From the NCBI GenBank assembly GCA_003344405.1, contig NOWV01000113.1:62001-126000 (forward strand): a stretch of 64,000 nucleotides of DNA. Direction: 5' to 3'. Below are positions 54,284 through 64,000 of the stretch, piece by piece. The number at the start of each line of letters is the position of its first letter. The stretch's first letter is position 1. Both the position numbers and the translations under genes were made by a program. A model generated the notes under the pieces. The model had not been told where the DNA came from and searched no databases. It was given only the letters and a program-made list of their open reading frames with translations. The DNA comes from Trichoplax sp. H2. Lineage: Eukaryota.

Positions 54284-57200
54284 ATGTTTGGCACTAGGAA
54301 GTTGATACAACTCTTACTTTTTAGCTATTTACTTCATTTTGCCATCGCCGTAAGTTTCAATTAGATCAAATTTATTTATTCTATACTGTACAGTATTAGG
54401 CACTCCCTTTTTCCTTCATTAACTCTATTAAACAAACATGCATAGTGATATCTGAAATGGAGTAATGATTCTGGTAATAAATCCACAAATTACTTGAATT
54501 TCTACCTTCTCTTTTTCTAGGTATTTCAACCGTTTCAACCCAAAACATGTCTTGAAATAGCAAAACATAACGCAAATCGTGGCAAGCGCGCAATCGAATA
54601 TAATGATAAAAGTAGTGGTAACCATAACTTAGACCATTCGGCAGGCAAGTTTTGAATCGATGTTAGTTTTAATTTTAATGGCTTTTACTATCATTCAAAA
54701 AGTTAACGATTCATAAATAATCTCTACGTTTAGACTCTGCTCTTAGAAACGGTATCTATTGGAGTGATAAAGATAAAAAATATCTAGACAGTTTTGATCA
54801 TGTTTTTACTGCGAAATATCCCATCGGAGGACGACCACCACAACTTGTTAGCAATCCTGAAGGTTGGACTGGAAACTCCCGGCCTTATATAGATAGCTAT
54901 GAGCAAGTTTCCACCGAGAAAAAACCTGGCCTAAAACCACAGGCAGATTTTAGTCAACTAAAGGGTTGGTCAAAAAGCGGTAAATTTTTTCTAGATAAAT
55001 ACGATCATGTCTTTACTGAGAAGAAACCTGGTGTAAAGCCACGACCAGATTTTAGTCAATTTCATGGTTGGACGGCAGACGGTTTACCTGGTCTAGGAGT
55101 TGGTGGTCAATGGGGAGGCAAAAAACCCTACGTAGATGGTCTTACACCAGGTAACTGGCCGAATCACGGTGGAGATGGCGTTCGTAAGCCAACACAATCA
55201 GGTTGGGCACATGGAAAACCACCGTACGTTGATGGTCTTAGTGGAGGAGGAAGCTGGTGGAATAATGGCGGACAAGGTAATCATAAACCAACACAATCGG
55301 GATCAGGTTCGGGGTCAGGATCAGGATCAGGATCAGGTTCTGGATCAGGTTCTGGATCAGGTTCTGGTTGGGGATTTGGTACTCATAAACCGTCGCATAA
55401 GCCAAATGCAACAGGATCAGGATCAGGTTCAGGTTGGGGTTCCGGCACAAGTAAACCGACTGGATCATCAGGATCAGGCTCGGGTTGGGGTTCTGGTACA
55501 AGTAAACCGACTGGATCCTCAGGCTGGGGATTTGGCAGTAATAAACCCACAGGATCAGGATCAGGCTGGGGTTCTGGCACAAGTAAACCGACTGGATCAG
55601 GCTCCGGCTCAGGTTGGGGATTTGGTACTAATAAACCTACAGGATCAGGATCGAGCTCAGGCTCAGGCTGGGGATTTGGTACTAATAAACCTACAGGATC
55701 AGGCTCAGGTTGGGGTTCTGGCACAAGTAAACCGACTGGATCCTCAGGATCAGGCTCAGGCTGGGGATTTGGTACTAATAAACCTACAGGATCAGGATCA
55801 GGATCAGGTTGGGGTTCTGGCACAAGTAAACCGACTGGATCTTCAGGATCAGGCTCAGGCTGGGGATTTGGTACTAATAAGCCTACAGGGTCAGGATCAA
55901 GCTCAGGCTCAGGCTGGGGTTCTGGCACAAGTAAACCGACTGGATCATCAGGATCAGGCTCAGGCTGGGGATTTGGTACTAATAAACCTACAGGATCAGG
56001 ATCAAGCTCAGGCTCAGGCTCAGGCTGGGGTTCTGGTACAAGTAAACCGACTGGATCTTCAGGATCAGGCTCAGGCTCAGGCTGGGGATTTGGTACTAAT
56101 AAACCTACAGGATCAGGATCAGGCTCAGGCTCAGGCTGGGGTTCTGGCACAAGTAAACCGACTGGATCATCAAGCTCAGGCTCAGGCTGGGGATTTGGTA
56201 CTAATAAACCTACAGGATCAGGCTCAGGTTGGGGTTCTGGCACAAGTAAACCGACTGGATCTTCAGGATCAGGCTCAGGTTGGGAACTTGGTACTAATAA
56301 ACCTACAGGATCAGGATCAAGTTCAGGCTCAGGCTCAGGCTGGGGTTCTGGCACAAGTAAACCGACTGGATCATCAGGATCAGGCTCAGGCTCAGGCTCA
56401 GGTTGGGGTTCTGGCACAAGTAAACCGACTGGATCTTCAGGATCAGGCTCAGGCTGGGGATTTGGTACTAATAAACCTACAGGATCAGACTCAGGTTGGG
56501 GTTCTGGCACAAGTAAACCTACTGGATCATCAGGATCAGGCTCAGGTTGGGGTTCTGGCACAAGTAAACCGACTGGATCTTCAGGATCAGGCTCAGACTG
56601 GGGATTTGGCACTAATAAACCTACAGGATCAGGCTCAGGTCCAGGTTGGGGTTCTGGCACAAACAAACCGACTGGATCTTCAGGATCAGGTTCAGGCTCA
56701 GGTTGGGGTTCTGGTACAAGTAAGCCGACTGGATCAGGATCAGGCTCAGGTTGGGGTTCTGGCACAAGTAAACCGACTGGATCTTCCGGATCAGGTTCGG
56801 GCTGGGGTTTTGGTACTAATAAACCTACAGGATCTGGCTCAGGTTCAGGTTCAGGTTGGGGTTCTGGCACAAGTAAACCGACTGGATCTTCAGGATCAGG
56901 CTCAGGCTCAGGTTGGGATTCTGGCACAAGTAAACCGACTGGATCATCAGGCTCAGACTCAGGTTGGGGTTCTAGCACAAGTAAACCGACTGGATCATCA
57001 GGCTCAGGCTCAGGTTGGGGTTCTGGTACAAGTAATCCGACTGGATCATCAGGATCAGGCTCAGGCTGGGGATTTGGTACTAATAAACCTACAGGATCAG
57101 GATCAGGCTCCGGTTGGGGTTCTGGCACAAGTAAACCGACTGGATCTTCAGGGTCAGGCTCAGGCTCAGGTTGGGGTTCTGGCACAAGTAAACCGACTGG

Positions 57201-58404
57201 ATCTTCAGGATCAGGCTCAGGTTGGGGTTCTGGTACTAGCAATCCGACTGGATCATCAGGATCAGGTTCAGGCTCAGGCTCTGGTTGGGATTCTGGTACA
57301 AGTAAACCAACTGGATCATCAAGCTCAGGCTCAGGCTGGGGTTCTGGCACAAGTAAGCCAACTGGATCTTCAGGATCAGGCTCAGGTTGGGGTTTTGGCA
57401 CGAGTAAACCAACTGGATCATCAGGATCAGGATCTAGCTCAGGCTCAGGCTCAGGTTGGGGTTCTGGCACAAGTAAACCGACTGGATCATCAGGATCAGG
57501 CTCAGGTTGGGGTTCTGGCACGAGTAAACCGACCGGATCATCAGGCTCAGGCTCAGGCTCAGGCTCAGGTTGGGGTTCTGACACAAGTAAACCAACTGGA
57601 TCATCAGGATCTGGCTCAGGCTCAGGCTGGGGATTTGGTACTAGTAAACCTACAGGATCAGGCTCAGATTGGGGTTCTGGCACAAGTAAGCCGACTGGAT
57701 CATCAGGATCAGGCTCAAATTTGGGAACTGCATCATCAGGCTCAGGAGGGAGTCAAATTAAAAATAATAATGGATACTATACATTATATGATGCTGGGAA
57801 TTTGCCTTACATGGCGTACTGTGACTTCAAATCTGATAATAACTATGTTTGGACTTTGATAACATCGTTCTCTCGCGAAAATGGAAATCATGCTGCTTTG
57901 TCACCATATGGTAAACCATTCCGAAAGCCGCTCTCGCAAAATTTTCCTAGCTACGAAAATCAAGCGGATAATTGGAATAAATTACGTTTTGACCTTCCTA
58001 GAATGAACTTAATTAAAACACATTCCACACACTGGCGTGCAACTTGTAATTTCCAACAAACCGAAATATTAGCAAATCACAAAGATTATGTACGAGGAGC
58101 CCTTAAGACGCTGGATATAATTACTGCGCTTGGCAATAAGTGCGCTGCAGTAGAATATTTTAATGTTGATGGTAAAGGTTGTAGTAACTGCAAGATACCC
58201 GTTTCGACTATACAGGATAGTCTCTTTGGGGGTAACAGGATGCCTTATGTCCCTGTAAAGCATTTTTCTAAGTGTGGCACTCCAATTGCTATTACGGACA
58301 ACACTGAAAATCTGTTTGGTAATTACGATGGAAAGTCTCATACCTTTTCCTGCTCCAAAGCTAGCACTTCTACTACAAATTGGTGGTTAGGTGGACGTAT
58401 CTAA
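54284..58404 (+). CDS. Secreted ~1277-aa Gly/Ser/Trp-repeat protein with a split fibrinogen/intelectin-like domain. Exons 54284-54349, 54521-54617, 54734-58404
   Basis: Exon 1 is the signal peptide [22 protein letters not shown] followed by GTAAGT. Exon 2 is [32 protein letters not shown]. Exon 3 reads in the same frame as the track ORF 57721-58404 (NGYYTLYD...AYCDFKSD...WTLI...[10 protein letters not shown]...STTNWWLGG). No stop was seen in the repeat. Confidence 0.85.
55300..57750 (+). repeat. Coding tandem repeat of alternating (GS)[14 protein letters not shown] and (GS)[11 protein letters not shown] units
   Basis: Directly visible DNA units GGCTCAGG(T/C)TGGGGTTCTGGCACAAGTAAACCGACTGGATC and GGCTGGGGATTTGGTACTAATAAACCTACAGGATCA. 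Confidence 0.95.
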
Positions 58405-60639
58405 AGAAACCGTGGACCAATCATTCTATAAGGCTTCAATTTTGAATAAAATCAAAATTTAAGGCATATGTTTAAATTTAAGCAACTTTGTAGGATAAAT
58501 TTCGGTGTTTCATATGGTAAATATCATAGCATCGTAATACTTTCGTAACACATAGCTATTCAAGGGGTTAATTATAATTATTAAGATACTTTAGCAGTAC
58601 AGTATATTTCTTCAAACATGCTGGAAAATCGCTATTATTCTATCTGCAATATTGATAATAAGTAATGTACTCAACTTAAAGTTAATCTAAGCTCATCTAA
58701 TATACTAACAGATTGAGATAATATGTGTATATGGTATTATATTGGTATGCAATGATTTAAAATCGTCATTTTCCTATATTTATCGGCGTGCTTAAGTTAA
58801 AATTCATATATTTTAGATTATTAATGAGATTGCTTCACTTTAATAACATTCGACCTTCGATTGATTAAGGTGTTTCTATCAGTAAAATTTCGATGAAATA
58901 CAACAGTTATTGTATCTAATATACTGTTGGAACGGACTATAAAACATAACCGTTTTAAAGCTTACAAGGCAAGCTCTTTTGACTTTATTCCGTTTCCAAA
59001 TCGAGTCACTATAACTCTATTCTCTTATTATCGTCAACGTTAATATAACAGTACCTTGGACTATCACATATACCTAGGTTTATCTAATAGTCTATGAGAA
59101 TACAGTATAACTAGTAGGCAATACATCAGCGAAATACCAGTTTTAGTCGGAAGGAAAAGGTAGTACTGTATTTGTACGGTATTTACAGTGAGTTTATATC
59201 ACTATTAAATTGTGGAGTAAGCTACTGATTAAGGATTTGTAGATGTAATAGATCGGATAAGTACATTAGTAAAATGCAAATTACCGTTATATCAGGCTAT
59301 ATAGAAGTTTATTACGCTTTCCCGCTCGTCATAGAGTCTGTACGTAGTTAATATAGGGAAACACGGTAAAAAAATAAAGATAAAGTATATAGCAAAATGG
59401 TACTAGTAAATCAGAACTATACGAATGCGAGTCTCCCATCTGTATTTATTTCTATCATATAGCACAATTGTGGAAACGCATGTCCTTGTATGTCCACCGA
59501 TATACACACCACTAAAACGGTAATTTCGTAACGGCTAGGTTGTTTAGTTAAATTATTTATTCTTTGTATAGTTTTACGTCTAGGCTAAAGAGACACAGAT
59601 TAGATACTCGATTTATGCGTATATGAGACTAAATTCAGATGTTGATTGCTGTATCGTCAGAAATTATTAAAGGAACAGAACGAGTAGTCCCTAGTTTTGT
59701 ATACGTTAAGCGTCTTTTAGACTTTGTCTATAGTATATAATTATAATAAGAAATATAAAATTTACGTAGTAATTGGAGTATACACAGAAAAAGGAAAGGA
59801 AGGTAAAAAAAATGAATACTTTACTGCACAAGTGTATATTGCATTATGTCAACTCATTTATGTTAAACGTTACCGATACTTCCTAGACCGTGTTTATTGT
59901 CAAATTTTTGTTATAGCCGTACTTATCTACTTGTCTTATCCGATCGTTAGGAGCATAAATTCCGAAAGCACTATCTACAGAGTAATGCTTATTGATTTCT
60001 ATATTACGATTTTGTTCAAATCAGATGCACCTGTATCTTAAAAACTCTGCACTAGAAGGAGCACGTAATCTGATTTTCAAGCGATTGTACTTCTTAGTAA
60101 TTTTTCCATACAGTTTTACTGTTGCATTTCATGGTTATAGTCTAATACAAAGTTAACTAATTATTTTACTTCAATTAAATTTCATTTTATTTTATCCGTA
60201 AATGTCGCCTTAAGCGGTAAATCCATTCGTAAATATATAAAGTCTTGTATGACGTAAGATCAATTTTCCGTATACATAGGCATTCATGCAGGTGCAATGG
60301 GTGACTGAAATCAAAATCAATTATCAAACTATTTATAATGACGACAGTTTATTAGAATTAACAATTACAATTGGTTTAGTTTAATGATAGCCTTTATTAT
60401 TAACTTGATGAATTAGGGCCAATGTTTCTGTTACTATACGTAGTTTTATTATCGCCTCTTTGATTTTTAATGCGATTTTAATGCATAATAGCCAAGAAAA
60501 TTATTAATGAGATTAAAAGCTGAATATTTATTTATCTTTTACACACAGTCATGAGAATGACAGAATTGCAATCAATTTTAGTAATAAAAGGTAAAATCGA
60601 AGCATAAAAGATTTTAAAATATTGAAAAGCTGACATGTC

Positions 60640-60909
60640 CTAGTCTTGTAAGATTTGACTAAGTTCTACTATGTAACATCGTGCTAATGTCAAAGTTTGT
60701 TGTTTGCTAAGTGATTTTCTGCGATCTACTGGCAAGAAAGACAACTTTAAACGCAACTGATCAAAAGCTTCATTTAAATAATGCATTCGAATTCTCTCTC
60801 GTTCCGTAGCTCGGTGACGGCGTTTCATTAGGCGTTCTTGCTGATGACCTTGATTAAATTCAAGCTGCATCTGCGTTGGTGTATCTTCAATACTTCGATT
60901 TCTCCGCAT
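60640..60909 (-). CDS. Small intronless group-A bHLH transcription factor (atonal superfamily), 89 aa
   Basis: Sequence RRHRATERERIRMHYLNEAFDQLR...LSKQQTLTLARCYIVELSQIL. In-frame stop upstream of the ATG. TATAAAA on the minus strand at ~61013-61019. Confidence 0.88.
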   Translation of the reverse strand: MRRNRSIEDTPTQMQLEFNQGHQQERLMKRRHRATERERIRMHYLNEAFDQLRLKLSFLPVDRRKSLSKQQTLTLARCYIVELSQILQD

Positions 60910-63466
60910 AGTGTTTCTATTCGCTTTCTTAGTAGGTACGGAATCTCGTTTTAGCTATTTTCGAACTGCTAAAAAAGTTGATGAGTGTTGATAAATTTAG
61001 CAGTGTTCCATCTTTTATAAGGCGTGACTATGAAGATCTGCTATCAAAAATTTAAGACTACCTGTACGCCTGTTGATTTATAGGTTACTTGAATTCTTTC
61101 TCAGTCATATAGATATGGGGAATATTCCGAATAGCTACAGGGTGTTAAATTATAATAATTATTTATTAAAATAAATATAAGATAAAATGTCTCCTTGCAA
61201 CATTTTCAGAATGTATCACAAAGCGACAGCCTGCAATCAGCAAATTCAGTAACACAAACAATATACCGTATGAATGACTTATCTTCAGCATGTGTCTAGA
61301 TTTAACAGTACACACTCTAAAATTCGTAGATACAACAGCATGGACGATTACATTGCAGTTGAATATGTAGTATATGGTTTATTAACGCTAATTTCGTAAT
61401 GTATACACATTGTTTACTGTAATAGATTAATGAGATATAAGCAATTGAAGTTCTTAACAAATTCTGGGATTAGTCCATATCATGTTGTTATATAAATACT
61501 GTAAATAGTAAGAAGCTACAGCTATTTCACACAAGGAATTGCTTACGTTAATTAATTATCAGTAAAACTCTGTAGAGCCAAAGCAGTTGCATACATACAG
61601 TATATGCACGTGTATATTAGCATTAATGACATTCGCACGTTCGGTTCAGTATCACTAAATTATTATAACTAGCGATTGCCTCACGCACAATGAAAAGACT
61701 CGCTTGTACAAGCGAATAGTTTTCTATTCCCTTTTTTTATCAATATTTTAAATTGAAAGGTGATCGAGGAGTCTGTAGTTGTGTTTCAATTTACGCCTTA
61801 GGTTGCTAACGACTACGTTCAAAATTTATTCTTTTTTGCTTCTGTTATGCAAATTAAACAGTCCAGGCAGCTGCTTGCAAAAATTACTCTTACTTGACTT
61901 CAATCACCTAGACGTCAAATATTAATGAATTTATGACTATGGAATACGCAACTGAGGTCCATGACTACCTTCCAGTCACTCTTTGCTTAATTCGTTATCC
62001 ACTTCTGTAGCATCATTAACGACTCGCAATGTTTCCGTATTTCATTAATCAGTGCTAAATGCAATGTTTATCATTTAATTTTAACAACTTCTTATTCTTT
62101 GCATTTTGTTGTTTCTTGTGCAGCACGCGCTTAACGCCTGTTAACATCTTATTAGACACGCGTACAACTGTCGATATTGAATTTATTTACCTACCAAAGG
62201 AATCATTTAAGATTAGGCGTAAATTGATGATCAACACGAAAGATTCATATTATTGCGAGAAACATAGTTGCAACAACCATTCTTCCTCAAGCAGAAGGCA
62301 TGCTATGCTAATATTTAACAAATCTGTTACCAACTATTTCAAACACAATCAACAGCATTAGCCTTAACATCGTTATTAGCGTCATTGCTTAAAATCATGT
62401 AGTAACAATTGTAATCGGAGCGTTTCGATTGCTAAAGAATAGGTTGTAATCTTACAGTTATTTGAATACATCTAACAATTTTGATCTTTCCATTACTCAC
62501 TAGAACCATCGCTTCTATTCAAGATCACAATATGGAATTTCAATAAAAGACATTGATGCGATTTCACATTGCCACAAATTTTCGTGTCAACGAAGCGTTC
62601 ATAAATAAATTGTTTGGATTTCATTTCATACTAACTAAAGCAGTAATACTGTAATAGGAATGTGATACTTTATAGAAAGTTTCCCATACAGTTATATCAT
62701 ACAAGGTTCGAATTAAAAGCTAATAATTTTTATAACGGCTGTCTGTAAACACACCATACGTAGCTAGTCATGTGAATAACGGTAACACCTAACATAAAAG
62801 AATAACTACTGTTCGAACTTGCTTAGTAATGCAAATGGTACATCAATAATTCATTTTTTAATATCAACCATTCTTTGGCACTAAAGTTTTCTGAATTTCA
62901 GACGTTTTGCACGTGGTATAACAAATTACGTAACAGTTCCAAAAAGTAATAAAAGCCGTTACTACAACTATCTCTAAGATACTAACATATAAATGTAACG
63001 GCATAACGGACTCTACTAACGTTATCTCGTTCAGTGACTGCGTTTCTATAGGAATAGAATCTATCGTTGTTTAAATGCAGTCAAATAAATTTGACTACAA
63101 CCATAGTTGATGTTATTAGTTAAAAAATGTTTCGGATTGGCCGTATTCATTTCTTAAAACGGAATTGATTGTAAGTGCTTTTCTTCATCAAATTTTAACA
63201 CTTCCTGGTATACCATTTCTATTAAATTAATTTAATTTAATAGTGTTCTATTTAGACAAAAGCTCTTACTAAGGACAGAAATCTAAAAATAGTTTCTCTT
63301 GATGCAAATCTTTACCTTTCCATTTTTCAACTGGATATTTCGCATCATCTATCGTATGATCATAGCGTGTAGGAGGTGGCTAAAATTCATATAAAGCAAA
63401 CAGAGATATATTCGGCATTTGAACGTTTTAATTTGGTGTATCAATTGTGATTCAAGACTATGATCA

Positions 63467-63628
<162 letters not shown>

Positions 63629-64000
63629 TTAGAGGTTAATACTTTTGTAGCTTGCGTTAAGTAAAGTAGAGAAAATAGGAACGATTGCATGTGATGCTAT
63701 GCATATACAAATATGATAAGGGATTAACGCGAAGTCTTACATACCTCTGGTTAAGTAGCTACCCGTCAACGGTTGTTGAGGACTGTAATTATCATCATCA
63801 TCATCTTCTGACCCATTTGGAAATAAACTATCAGGGAAAAGAACTTTAAACGGTAAACCAGCACGGTTCCCATGTTGAGATAGGATGTAATTGCGCGTCT
63901 AAATTGAATTAATCGCCTTATGTTAGGGTTACATTCCATTTAAATAGATTCATCGTTATGTTGTACTGCTTTACTAACCGAATGGCCTAGTTTATCTAGG

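Noticed and set aside
55136-57859. 907-aa Q/D/V/L-rich ORF (+) and 766-aa [13 protein letters not shown] (-, 55383-57683)
   Set aside because: These are shadow frames of the stop-poor repeat. Only the Gly-Ser-Trp frame joins the signal-peptide exons and the C-terminal domain.

Overview
This is an AT-rich eukaryotic window with short GT-AG introns. The gene content (intronless 42-aa TPR gene, intelectin/fibrinogen-like secreted protein, duplicated gamma-carboxylases) suggests a basal metazoan, probably a placozoan such as Trichoplax (inference). Left to right it contains: the 3' end of a prolyl 4-hydroxylase alpha gene (+); an HGSNAT-family gene (-) head-to-head with a TAF1A-like gene (+); three diverged copies of a ~310-nt non-coding element; neutral ceramidase (-); two GGCX paralogs (+) separated by an intronless TPR gene (-) and a split segmental duplication; a ~1277-aa secreted protein (+); and a small atonal-superfamily bHLH gene (-). 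The two strongest leads are: (1) the three-copy element, whose stems show compensatory base changes and which matches no RNA family I recognise; (2) the secreted protein, in which an RGKR site and ~1000 aa of mostly Gly-Ser-Trp repeat sit inside a fibrinogen/intelectin-like domain. Also notable are the HGSNAT homolog with its catalytic His replaced by Ser plus an extra lumenal segment, and a hairpin-rich intron segment in TAF1A. All gene models and alignments were made by eye.
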